Source of the DNA: a virus | Virus record (IMG/VR): IMGVR_UViG_3300045988_152413 | Length of the DNA stretch: 35,161 nt | Reading direction: 5' to 3' (one strand) | Shown: piece by piece, positions 1 to 7,501 of the stretch | How positions within the stretch are numbered: the first letter of the stretch is position 1 | Layout: each line of letters begins with the position of its first letter | The notes under the pieces: generated by a model | What the model saw: the letters and a program-made list of their open reading frames with translations, nothing else | What the model was told of the DNA's origin: nothing | Database searches by the model: none | Position numbers and translations under genes: made by a program

Positions 1-21
1 GTTCCAGAGGGGGGTTATTGA
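1..21. repeat. Terminal direct repeat copy 1 (identical to 35141..35161)
   Basis: gttccagaggggggttattga is found at both window ends. This fits a circular assembly overlap. It lies inside a tandem array, so a repeat-induced contig break is also possible. Confidence 0.8.
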
Positions 22-104
22 GGGGGGTTCCAGAGGGGGGTTCCGCAGGGGGGTTCCAGAGGGGGGTTCCAGAGGGGGGTTCCGCAGGGGGGTTATCGCC
101 CCCC
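1..104. repeat. 13-bp tandem iteron array, part continuing from the window end
   Basis: Units of G6 plus 7 nt read by eye at 9-21, 22-34, 35-47, 48-60, 61-73, 74-86 and 87-99 (GGGGGGTTCCAGA / GGGGGGTTCCGCA / GGGGGGTTATTGA / GGGGGGTTATCGC). The last unit forms GGGGGG-ttatcg-CCCCCC (87-104). Confidence 0.9.
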
Positions 105-394
105 TGCTCGCCCTTCTTGCCGCTTGCCTTCCTCTTCTTCGGTGCTCCCCATGTGTTGTGGTTCTGTGACTTGATCGAACTGTCGAGACTGCTCTTCATC
201 CCCAGGAACGCTTGCTTCATGTAACGCGCCGTTTGATCTCCCTTAGCGTCCATGAAGCTCGGTTCCCTTCCGAACGCCGCCCAAAGCACAACCTCGGGAA
301 TGAAGGCGAACTGCTCCTCCTCGGTCATCTCCGCGATCTGAGCGTTGAATTGCTTGAACCACGTGAAGCTGTTCCCGGTCAGGTTCTCTTCCAT
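1..394 (-). CDS. Replisome-organizer-like replication initiator, N-terminal part (ORF leaves the window at position 1 and continues at 35140)
   Basis: ATG at 394. Translation: MEENLTGNSFTWFKQFNAQIAEMTEEEQFAFIPEVVLWAAFGREP...GAPKKRKASGKKGEQGGD, then NPPAEPPSGTPLW-type repeats. There is no stop before position 1, so it is absent from the ORF track. The N-terminus resembles DUF6291-type phage replication proteins (from memory). Confidence 0.6.
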   Translation of the reverse strand, partial: MEENLTGNSFTWFKQFNAQIAEMTEEEQFAFIPEVVLWAAFGREPSFMDAKGDQTARYMKQAFLGMKSSLDSSIKSQNHNTWGAPKKRKASGKKGEQGGDNPPAEPPSGTPLWNPPAEPPSGTPLNNPPLE

Positions 395-402
395 CTCTTG
401 CC

Positions 403-489
403 CTACTTCCTGTTCCTTCGCTGCCACTCTTGGCACTCGATGCAGCGGCATCCGTATACCCTGTAGGCAATGACATTGCCGTGTCGCAT
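403..489 (-). CDS. Tiny Cys-rich ORF (28 aa)
   Basis: ATG at 489; translation MRHGNVIAYRVYGCRCIECQEWQRRNRK. It carries an HG..Y..GCRC..C motif. AAGGAG lies 12 nt upstream. The ORF is below the track cutoff. Confidence 0.25.
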   Translation of the reverse strand: MRHGNVIAYRVYGCRCIECQEWQRRNRK

Positions 490-585
490 CGTCCCTGGCA
501 GCTCCTTAGCCTGCAAAGGTTGGATTGATTGCGGGATTGTCTGGCAACCAGCGCAACCCCGCCCGTAAACGATCAATCCCCGCCC

Positions 586-1176
586 TTAGAACGGAATGTC
601 TTCGTCATAGATGCTCGCCACCTGCTGCGGTGCCTGCTGCATCATCGGCATAGCCTGCTGCACTGGTGCCGCCTGCATCGGCTGCTGCATAGGCTGAGGG
701 GCGAACTGCTGCATAGGCTGCTGCTGCATAGGCTGCGATGCCGCTTGATGGGCGAACTGCTGCGGCTGCGCCGCCTGCTGCTGCATAGGCTGCTGCATAG
801 GCTGCTGCGGCTGTTGCTGTACTGGCTTGCTCGCGGTCTGTCCCTGCTGGCGGCTCATGAACTCGATCTCGTCAACGATGATCTCGATCTTGCTGCGGTT
901 GGTGCCGTCATCAGCCTTCCAGCGCGATTGGTTGAGCTTGCCTTCGATCGCTACCTTCATGCCCTTCTCCAGGTGAGGGGCAACGCCCGTTGCGCGGTTC
1001 CCGAAGATCGTGCAGTCGATGAAGTTTGGGTAATCCTCCCATTCCCCCGTCTGCTGGTTCTTGCGGCGATCGTTCACCGCTACGCCGATTGTGAGGACGC
1101 TTGCGCCGCCCTGCGTCTGTCGAAGCTCAGGATCGCGGGTGATGTTGCCCGTGATGGTTGCCTTGTTGATTGCCAT
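586..1176 (-). CDS. ssb: Single-stranded DNA-binding protein
   Basis: OB-fold N-terminus (MAINKATITGNITRDPELRQT...), Q/P/M-rich linker and acidic DEDIPF C-terminal tail. AAGGAG RBS. Confidence 0.95.
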   Translation of the reverse strand: MAINKATITGNITRDPELRQTQGGASVLTIGVAVNDRRKNQQTGEWEDYPNFIDCTIFGNRATGVAPHLEKGMKVAIEGKLNQSRWKADDGTNRSKIEIIVDEIEFMSRQQGQTASKPVQQQPQQPMQQPMQQQAAQPQQFAHQAASQPMQQQPMQQFAPQPMQQPMQAAPVQQAMPMMQQAPQQVASIYDEDIPF

Positions 1177-1191
1177 TGGCTCTGTCTCCTT

Positions 1192-1836
1192 TTAGAAAGT
1201 CTCTTCGTAGGTTTGCTCTGGCTCTACAGCAGTCTGCTGTGCTGTCGCAGGGGGAACCTCATCGGTGTCGATTCCCATCTCCGCGCTGTCGTAAAGCCCA
1301 GCGAAGTTGGCAGGGAACGCTTCGCGCAGGGCATGGACAACCGCGCATTTCCGAATCATCGTTGCTGGCTTTGATGCCCATTGCTGGTTGAGCGAGCCAT
1401 CGTACTTCTTCCCTGCGTACTCGTTGAAACCGACTTCATCGAAGCTCGGAACGCTTCTCCCTTTGATGTGGACTTTTGCCCAGCCACCCACAAGCTGCTC
1501 GCCCGGCATGAGCATCGAGCCTTCGCGCCTGTGGAACGACCCATCGGTTCCGATGACGGAAATCCCCGCTTCCATTCCGTCAAATGTCGGGTTGCTCGCC
1601 GCAGTCTTTGTGTAGAAATCTTTTCCCACGACCATCGTTGCAGGCGAGTTAGCCTTGTATTTGACCAGGTGAGCGTCCTTTACATACGGGTTCAAGCCGT
1701 ATGCAGCGCACATTTCCAGGAACATCTTCACTTCCGTTGGCGTTGCAAGTGGGCAGATGTAGTCGATCACGTCTTGCGCCGTGAGGGTGATCGACTTCCC
1801 ACTTGCTTCATATGTCTTAGATAGCTGGTTGCTCAT
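1192..1836 (-). CDS. recT: RecT/Bet-family single-strand annealing recombinase
   Basis: Motifs EVKMFLEMCAAYGLNPY and KPATMIRKCAVVHALREAFP are typical of RecT/Bet proteins. The gene lies adjacent to ssb. Confidence 0.8.
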   Translation of the reverse strand: MSNQLSKTYEASGKSITLTAQDVIDYICPLATPTEVKMFLEMCAAYGLNPYVKDAHLVKYKANSPATMVVGKDFYTKTAASNPTFDGMEAGISVIGTDGSFHRREGSMLMPGEQLVGGWAKVHIKGRSVPSFDEVGFNEYAGKKYDGSLNQQWASKPATMIRKCAVVHALREAFPANFAGLYDSAEMGIDTDEVPPATAQQTAVEPEQTYEETF

Positions 1837-2737
1837 TGTGAACCTCCCTGATATTGCGAATCTCTCTGATTCTTCCGCTGATGCTCATCGATTTAAGGAA
1901 CCCGATGACCTGCTGCTTCTGCCACTCGGTCATCGCGCATGTGATGGTGTAGTTCCTTGGCTCTTCCTGCTGCGGCTGCGCCTGCTGCTGCGGCATCGGC
2001 TCGGGTTTCGGCTCTGGCTCAGGCTCGGGGGCAGGCTCAGGCTCTGGCGCAACGCCCATCTCTGCGTTGAGCTGGTCGATCCGCGCCTGCTCCTCTTCCC
2101 TCATGGCGTTGAGGTTCAGCGCCGCCTGTAGGCTGAGGGTTCGAAAAAACTCCGCTTCCGCTTCCTTCTCGAACGCAAGGTGACTTGTTTTCAGCGCCGC
2201 CCAATCGCTCAGCGCCTGCACAAGCAGCGCGTGAAGCTTCTCCTGCGCCTTTATCAGGCTCCAAGACTTCGCAATGCTCATCTTGTCTCTGACGATCCCG
2301 AAACGCTCGATCGGGACAAGCGCCGCAAGCGTTGGCGCATCGGCTTCGTAAAACTCGCAGAGCAGCTCATATCTCTCTTGCCTGATCTGCTGATCCCGTT
2401 TAGCCGCTTCGCCCTTGTAGGCGTTGACAAGCTCGGTCATAGGCTCAATAGCCTGCTTGAAAGCCGCTTCAACCTTGTCCTGCGGCTTCTTCCACTCACG
2501 CTTGAACCGTTTGCGAGCTTCGTCTGCGTGTTTCAGATGCCCGTTGATGTCGGTTGCGATGCGCTTAACGTCCTCCGTCTGCATCTCTGGAAGCTGGTCG
2601 ATGCTTCCTTGAAGCTCGGTTACTATCTCCGAGCAGTTCCTTATCTCGGCATCCATGCCGAGGATCAGGCTCGTTACCTCGCCTGTGTCGATCTCGATCA
2701 ACGCAAGATCGTTCTCGATGATCTTTGCTTCTTCCAT
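1817..2737 (-). CDS. DUF1351-like recombination-module protein (coiled-coil, PEPEP linker)
   Basis: About 300 aa, helical, immediately upstream of recT as in many Gram-positive siphophages. The family call is from memory only. Confidence 0.45.
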   Translation of the reverse strand: MEEAKIIENDLALIEIDTGEVTSLILGMDAEIRNCSEIVTELQGSIDQLPEMQTEDVKRIATDINGHLKHADEARKRFKREWKKPQDKVEAAFKQAIEPMTELVNAYKGEAAKRDQQIRQERYELLCEFYEADAPTLAALVPIERFGIVRDKMSIAKSWSLIKAQEKLHALLVQALSDWAALKTSHLAFEKEAEAEFFRTLSLQAALNLNAMREEEQARIDQLNAEMGVAPEPEPAPEPEPEPKPEPMPQQQAQPQQEEPRNYTITCAMTEWQKQQVIGFLKSMSISGRIREIRNIREVHNEQPAI

Positions 2738-2762
2738 GCCTTTCCTTTCTCTCTGGTTCCGT

Positions 2763-2915
2763 TTATCCGAAGATGGTCTTGCTTATTGCCGCTATGAACT
2801 CGGGCAGAACCATCGCCCAAAAGGCAAGGAAGAAGATCGTCACGTAAGCCATCAGCTCACTTTCCGCTGCTGCTGCGGTGGTATGATTGCGTTGTTGGTT
2901 AGGCTTCCGCATCAT
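2763..2915 (-). CDS. Small membrane protein (50 aa)
   Basis: Its ATG overlaps the upstream stop (ATGA). C-terminal hydrophobic segment: YVTIFFLAFWAMVLPEFIAAI. Confidence 0.5.
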   Translation of the reverse strand: MMRKPNQQRNHTTAAAAESELMAYVTIFFLAFWAMVLPEFIAAISKTIFG

Positions 2916-3148
2916 CGGTTTTGCTGTGCGTTGGCGCGGAGCCTTTCCTTCGTATAGGCGCATTTTGCGTTCCTCCTTCCGATGCTCTTCATCTCCGATT
3001 CATCGAACGGAATCCTCCACATGACGGAGCTTCCGTCCCCGAAGTCGTAGGCTTGAATCCTCCCAGCCGCGCAACTCTCCCTGATCGTCTTAGCCGATAC
3101 GTTGAGCAGTTTCGCCAGCTCAGGCGGCGTGTAAAGTCGCGTTGCCAT
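2912..3148 (-). CDS. Excisionase/MerR-type HTH DNA-binding protein
   Basis: LYTPPELAKLLNVSAKTIRESCAAGRIQAYDFG matches the HTH_17 / excisionase-family pattern. Confidence 0.65.
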   Translation of the reverse strand: MATRLYTPPELAKLLNVSAKTIRESCAAGRIQAYDFGDGSSVMWRIPFDESEMKSIGRRNAKCAYTKERLRANAQQNR

Positions 3149-3150
3149 CG

Positions 3151-3507
3151 CTACATTCCTTTAGCGATGATCGCAACATGCGAGATGCTCCCATCAGTAC
3201 GGAGCCAGGCAAAAGCGATTGCTTTTTTGCAGATGGCGTTGTCGAAGCAGATTCCCCAATCGTCAAACGCGTCAACGTCAGCCGAAAGACTGTGATCAAT
3301 GAATTCAAACTCCAAATCATCAATCTCTTCGTCCTCGTCAAGGACAACGATTTTCAGAAGGTAATTAACGTCAAGGCAGTTCGAGTAAACAGCATCAGCG
3401 TTGATTCCAGATGCTTTGGAAACGCGCATGATCTCAACCGCATCAAGAGATGCCTTCATGCCATCTGCGACCTTCTTGCGGATTTTCTTCGTGATCTTCT
3501 TTTCCAT
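3151..3507 (-). CDS. Hypothetical acidic early protein
   Basis: 118-aa ORF with an AAAGGA RBS and the acidic run VVLDEDEEIDDLEFEFIDHSLSADVDAFDDW. Looks AT-richer than its neighbours by eye. Confidence 0.6.
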   Translation of the reverse strand: MEKKITKKIRKKVADGMKASLDAVEIMRVSKASGINADAVYSNCLDVNYLLKIVVLDEDEEIDDLEFEFIDHSLSADVDAFDDWGICFDNAICKKAIAFAWLRTDGSISHVAIIAKGM

Positions 3508-3573
3508 CTTTCTTCGTCCTTTCTTATGTGGTGGAAACGTGAATCTCTGTTACAAAAACTGTTAATTGCCTGC

Positions 3574-3984
3574 TCAAAGCGCCGTATTTTTTTCGGAACT
3601 TTTTTTCAGGCGGTTTTCCATTCGCCGCACCGCCTGGCGCTCTGCGTTGTATATGCGCCTTAGCTCGGTGTCGGCTTCCTTGCGCTCAAGCGATTCAAGG
3701 TGGCGCTTGCGCTGCTGCATGTTCTCGATACGGTCTGCAAGGTTGCAGTCGGGGCATTTGCCGCTGTTGTTGTGCGAGTTGAGAACAGCGCCGCAAACAT
3801 CGCATTGCCTGTATTTGGCAAGGGATACGCCCTTGCGGCTTGCCCTCATGCGGATCGCTTCAATCGTTCGATCCGTTCCGCACATGGTGCGGAGCTGCTT
3901 GCGAATCCTGTAAGCTCCCTGATCCCTATAGCGCCTGATAACAGCGTCCTCGGCTCTGCTCCATCGCTGGATTTCGCGCATCAT
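3574..3984 (-). CDS. Hypothetical zinc-ribbon / basic helical protein
   Basis: CDVCG...CPDC four-Cys motif followed by an Arg/Lys-rich helix. ATGA overlap with the upstream gene. Confidence 0.55.
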   Translation of the reverse strand: MMREIQRWSRAEDAVIRRYRDQGAYRIRKQLRTMCGTDRTIEAIRMRASRKGVSLAKYRQCDVCGAVLNSHNNSGKCPDCNLADRIENMQQRKRHLESLERKEADTELRRIYNAERQAVRRMENRLKKSSEKNTAL

Positions 3985-4202
3985 GCGCTCCTCTTGCCGA
4001 TGATCGATAGGAACATCTCCCTAGCGTCATCATCGTGAAGCTCATCGAGCATCAGCTTCAACTCGTCAGCCTTGAGGGTTGACGGGTCGTTGAACCTCGC
4101 CGTTGCCGTGGGACGCGAGATACCGAGGATTCGAGCCATCTTAGTAGGCGTGAATCCGCAATACCGCAGAACGCGCTTCTCGTAATGCTCGCATTCGTCC
4201 AT
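3981..4202 (-). CDS. Cro/antirepressor-position HTH regulator
   Basis: First gene of the leftward operon and divergent from cI. HTH segment: TPTKMARILGISRPTATARFN. AAGGAG RBS. Confidence 0.65.
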   Translation of the reverse strand: MDECEHYEKRVLRYCGFTPTKMARILGISRPTATARFNDPSTLKADELKLMLDELHDDDAREMFLSIIGKRSA

Positions 4203-4234
4203 TCGTACTCCTTTCTATCGTTTGGTTTCCAAAA

Positions 4235-4302
4235 AGCGCCTACGGGTGGAGGGTTGAGCAAGAATCCGCTGGTTAGGAGAAGTGTTTAGTCCCGTAGGCG
4301 CT
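4235..4302 (-). promoter_or_regulatory. 12-bp perfect inverted repeat (AGCGCCTACGGG / CCCGTAGGCGCT) in the early leader; terminator-like on the - strand
   Basis: Arms at 4235-4246 and 4291-4302 with a 44-nt spacer. A T5 run follows on the - strand, just before the cro-like RBS. A third GTTAGGCGCT copy lies at 4313-4322. Confidence 0.5.
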
Positions 4303-4407
4303 TAGCGCCGCCGTTAGGCGCTGAATGAACGGCTGCGGTGTGTTCCAAATCCCCGCTTCCAATACGGCTTGCAGCCGCCCATTCATCGACTAACATTGCT
4401 TAACCTC

Positions 4408-4436
4408 AATATATATTCATCTTTACACTTTGTAAA
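4408..4436 (-). promoter_or_regulatory. Candidate early leftward promoter
   Basis: On the - strand: TTTACA (4436-4431), 17 nt, TATATT (4413-4408), inside the AT-rich cI/cro intergenic region. Confidence 0.4.
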
Positions 4437-4509
4437 TAATTAAATTTTAGTTTTAACTAAATTTTTTTTACGAATAGTAAAATTAGATTGACGTGAAAGG
4501 TAGTTTAAA

Positions 4510-5181
4510 ATGCAATCAATCGACAGCTTTGGGCGCAACTTTCGCGCCATACGTGAAGATAGCAAGCTAAAGCAATACCAGATCGCCGAAAGACTCGGGA
4601 TGACCTCTCCTGCTATCTCTATGTGGGAGAACAAAGGCACTAAGCCGCGCGACAAGAAAACAGTCGAAGCAATATGTGACCTATTCGGCGTGAGCGAAAC
4701 CGATTTGTTCGGGTACTCTGACGGTTACTACGCAAGAACGCGCCTTGGGAATGTGTCTAAGGAGAAGATAAAGCCTGTTGCCGCTTCTGGCTTGCTGCCG
4801 ATCATCGGAGCAGCACACGCTGGCGATCCATGCCCAGCGTTCGAGCTTGACTGCGGCTCGATACCCTGCCCAGAAGAGTATTGCAAAGAGGGGAACTTCT
4901 TCATCAAGATAACGGGCGATTCGATGAACAACGTCCTGACCGATGGATCGTATGCCCTGATAGATACGCACGTTGACGCTCAAAGCGGGGATATTGCGCT
5001 GGTTAAGGTCAACGGCGATGACGCTACGGTCAAGCGCATAAAGAAGATGGACGGATTCATCGTCCTTGAGCCTGACAGCACCAATCCATCGCACAAGCGG
5101 AGGATCATCGATGCAACCGACCAATCATCGCCAGAGGTGAGGATTCTCGGCAAGGTAGTTTACGCCGTCAACAGGCTTTAG
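4510..5181 (+). CDS. cI: cI/LexA-like phage repressor (XRE HTH plus S24 peptidase)
   Basis: N-terminal HTH (KQYQIAERLGMTSPAISMWENK). C-terminal S24 motifs (LPIIGAAHAG, GDSMNN, VKRIKK). Divergent from the cro-like gene. Confidence 0.9.
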   Translation: MQSIDSFGRNFRAIREDSKLKQYQIAERLGMTSPAISMWENKGTKPRDKKTVEAICDLFGVSETDLFGYSDGYYARTRLGNVSKEKIKPVAASGLLPIIGAAHAGDPCPAFELDCGSIPCPEEYCKEGNFFIKITGDSMNNVLTDGSYALIDTHVDAQSGDIALVKVNGDDATVKRIKKMDGFIVLEPDSTNPSHKRRIIDATDQSSPEVRILGKVVYAVNRL

Positions 5182-5194
5182 GGGGTTGATTGAT

Positions 5195-5986
5195 ATGGGA
5201 TTGCTCTCATTCCTTCGCGGATCAAGCAGAAAGGCTTATGCAGGCAAACACGCAAGGCAAGAGAACCATGATCCGGTGCAAGCCGAAATCGAAAGAACGA
5301 AAGAAGCGATAGAGGAACGAAAGCGCAACAGTCCGCGCTTCTGCGTTGAGGATAGCGACAACAGGACGTTCGAGCCGCCTGCACCGTGCGGGTTCTCGTT
5401 CGATAACGTCAATTACCATCATCGAGTGCAAGGCGATAAGGAAACGGGCGAAATCCTGAAAGACGATGTATGGGTCGATCTGCGCGAGCCGAACTACTCC
5501 GCAAACCTTCGCAACATAATCGAGACGCTTGAGGTGCTCGACCTCGCAGAGAACGAGGTTTCAGGATTCCCCTCAGCTGCATACCGTCAGCTCATAGAGG
5601 GCGCATGCGCAAACGGGTACTTCAAGCGAAAAGGTCGCTCGATGCACTATTGCAGCGGCTTTATAAAGGTGCTGCCGCTTACGGCAAGCGGAAAAGTTAA
5701 GAAGCATCCGATCGAATGCAATATGGAGTACAGCGTTCCAACCAATGTCAACGCTTCCCTGGAAGCGGATAGGCACGACAACGTGCTTCTCACGGCAAAG
5801 TACGGCAAGGACGGAAACATAGGCGCTGGCGAGTACATACTATGGGAAGGAAGGGACGGCTGGAGCATCTCTTTCGACCGCAGAAAAGACGGAAGCTACA
5901 GCCTTAAGTCGATCAAGCACAGCCGCATAAACGGGACAAGCGGCTCAAGCGGTTGGAACGCCTTATACAAGCGCGGGAAAGTCTAG
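5195..5986 (+). CDS. Hypothetical 263-aa protein in the lysogeny operon (candidate moron)
   Basis: ATG at 5195, 9 nt after AGGGGG; the track start at 5186 is TTG. It sits 14 nt after the cI stop and ends 2 nt before the int ATG. I recognise no motif in it. Confidence 0.7.
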   Translation: MGLLSFLRGSSRKAYAGKHARQENHDPVQAEIERTKEAIEERKRNSPRFCVEDSDNRTFEPPAPCGFSFDNVNYHHRVQGDKETGEILKDDVWVDLREPNYSANLRNIIETLEVLDLAENEVSGFPSAAYRQLIEGACANGYFKRKGRSMHYCSGFIKVLPLTASGKVKKHPIECNMEYSVPTNVNASLEADRHDNVLLTAKYGKDGNIGAGEYILWEGRDGWSISFDRRKDGSYSLKSIKHSRINGTSGSSGWNALYKRGKV

Positions 5987-5988
5987 CC

Positions 5989-7173
5989 ATGAGAACGAAG
6001 GGCATAGGCGGCATATATGCGATGGAGGATAAGCCGAAGAGCAAATGCCGCAAATGGAAGATAAAGATAAGCGTGGGCATCAACCCAGCAACGGGGAAGT
6101 ACGCCCAAAGGGCGATGACCTTCCACGGAAGCTATACCGAAGCCGTTCAGGCTCGCGAGGATTTCAAGCGCAAGCTGCTCGGGATGAGCCATGCCGAATC
6201 GAAGAAGATGACGCTCAGCCAATGCTGCGAGCTTTGGCTTGATGCCGCCGACCCGTTCCACCAGCTTTCCGAGAATGCGCGGTACTCCCGCCAATGCGCC
6301 GTTAAAGCGGTCTGCCATTGCATCGGAGCCTTGCCCGTGTCGCAGATCACCGACAAGCACGTTGTCGATATGGTCAAAGGCTGGATCGAGGGAAAGACGC
6401 TCAGCGGAAGGCGCTACAGCGGCAACACCATCAACATATACTGCTCTGCGCTCTCTGGCATGATGACGCACTTTGCGATCCCCAAAGGCTACGCAAGCCG
6501 CAACCCATTTGCAGGCTACTCAAGCGTGAAGAAGGATCAGCGAGAGGTCAACGCCATAAGCGTTAAGCAGTTCGAGCGTTTGGCTTACGACATATACGAT
6601 CAGCAAGACCCTCGATGTATGGCTCTGCTGCTTGCCCTGCTCGCTGGTTGCCGCGCAAACGAAGCGTTGGCTGTGCAATGGAAGGACATTCAGGGCGGCT
6701 TCATAACGATCAAGGGAACGAAGAGCAAGGCGGCGAGCGCAACGCTGCCGATGATAGACACGCTCGCCGATATGCTCGCTATGTGGCGCGTTACGCAGGC
6801 GAACAACATGAAGGCGTTGCAGCTGACGCAAACGCCCGAAACGTACGTATCGACCAATCTTATATACGAGCAGGAATCGTACTCAACGCTCAACAGGGCA
6901 TGGAAGAAGCTCGGTTCCGAGCTTGGCTTCGATGATCCCCGCCCCCACGATCTACGCCACTGGTTCGTCTCGTATCTCTGCATGAGCGATATGAACATCA
7001 AGGCTATTCAGCAGATGGCAAGGCACAGCGACATAACGACAACGATGGACATATACGCAAGGATTCACGAGCGCGATTTGGCGGCAGAGACGGCGAAAAT
7101 TCAGCGTTTTGGAGCCGATTCTTCCCAAACTCTTCCCAGCGCAGACGAGGTTAGTAGCGTTTTCAGCGTTTGA
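5989..7173 (+). CDS. int: Tyrosine recombinase / phage integrase
   Basis: Catalytic signature: AGCRANEAL (R), HDLRHWF (HxxR), ARHSDITTTMDIYARI (H..Y). Arm-type N-terminus. The ATG at 5989 is preferred over 5953 because it follows the upstream stop and GGGAAAG. Confidence 0.9.
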   Translation: MRTKGIGGIYAMEDKPKSKCRKWKIKISVGINPATGKYAQRAMTFHGSYTEAVQAREDFKRKLLGMSHAESKKMTLSQCCELWLDAADPFHQLSENARYSRQCAVKAVCHCIGALPVSQITDKHVVDMVKGWIEGKTLSGRRYSGNTINIYCSALSGMMTHFAIPKGYASRNPFAGYSSVKKDQREVNAISVKQFERLAYDIYDQQDPRCMALLLALLAGCRANEALAVQWKDIQGGFITIKGTKSKAASATLPMIDTLADMLAMWRVTQANNMKALQLTQTPETYVSTNLIYEQESYSTLNRAWKKLGSELGFDDPRPHDLRHWFVSYLCMSDMNIKAIQQMARHSDITTTMDIYARIHERDLAAETAKIQRFGADSSQTLPSADEVSSVFSV

Positions 7174-7242
7174 GCTGCGTTTATCAAGTGCGTTGATGAT
7201 TTCGCGCAACTATCGCAAATATAGTTAAATCGGATTCACCAA

Positions 7243-7272
7243 GGGTTCTGACGGTTCTGAGGGTTCTGAGGG
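7243..7272. repeat. Three 9-bp-spaced GGTTCTGA direct repeats
   Basis: Copies at 7244-7251, 7253-7260 and 7262-7269. Candidate integrase arm-type sites. Confidence 0.6.
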
Positions 7273-7309
7273 AACGGCGATTTTGCCGAAAAAGGGAAAA
7301 CCGAGAATG

Positions 7310-7345
7310 AAAAAACGGGAACGATTCTTCCTAGATTCGTTCCCG
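7310..7345 (-). terminator. Rho-independent terminator (- strand)
   Basis: CGGGAACGA...TCGTTCCCG stem (7316-7345), followed on the - strand by T6 (7315-7310). Confidence 0.6.
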
Positions 7346-7501
7346 TCCAGATTCTGCTTTAGCCAATCATTCGCGGCAATCCATCGAACATGACAGCTGC
7401 GTTCCCGTGAGCATCGAGCCAATGGTATTCCGCTATATCGTCAGCTTCCCCGCATTGCTCGCCTTTTCAATCGCTCTGCGTGAACCGCACTCCATCAGCA
7501 A

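Noticed and set aside
1-104. Possible CRISPR array suggested by the regular short repeats
   Set aside because: The units are contiguous 13-mers with no spacers, and no cas genes are present. This is a tandem iteron-like array inside a coding region.
212-476. ORFs 212..466 (+) and 243..476 (-) near the window start
   Set aside because: Both overlap, in other frames, the better-supported initiator ORF (1..394, - strand). That ORF has protein-like composition and continues across the junction.
521-585. GGATTGAT / ATCAATCC 8-bp inverted repeat and duplicated GGGCGGGG downstream of ssb
   Set aside because: The matches are short, with a 42-nt spacer and no T-run. That is too weak to call a terminator or a binding site.
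529-1374. Long + strand ORF (281 aa) opposite ssb and recT. Similar antisense ORFs lie at 7713..8759, 10956..11909, 16140..17003, 18396..19793, 21373..22236 and 25300..25926.
   Set aside because: They are Leu/Arg/His-rich low-complexity translations lying antisense to well-supported genes with motifs and RBSs. These are typical shadow ORFs of GC-rich DNA.
2137-2145. GGGTTCGAA, resembling a tRNA T-arm
   Set aside because: It lies inside the DUF1351-like CDS and there is no flanking acceptor or anticodon stem complementarity. No tRNA was found anywhere in the window.
4488-4512. TTGACG at 4488 as a cI promoter giving a leaderless mRNA (TAAAAT overlapping the ATG)
   Set aside because: The spacing to any -10-like hexamer is only 7-12 nt. 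In addition, a GAAAGG RBS sits 9 nt before the ATG, so a conventional leadered start is more likely. I could not pin down the true cI promoter.
7225-7422. 65-aa - strand ORF in the int/lysis spacer
   Set aside because: It has no RBS. Its translation is dominated by the GGTTCTGA repeats (SEPSEPSEP), and it spans a terminator hairpin.
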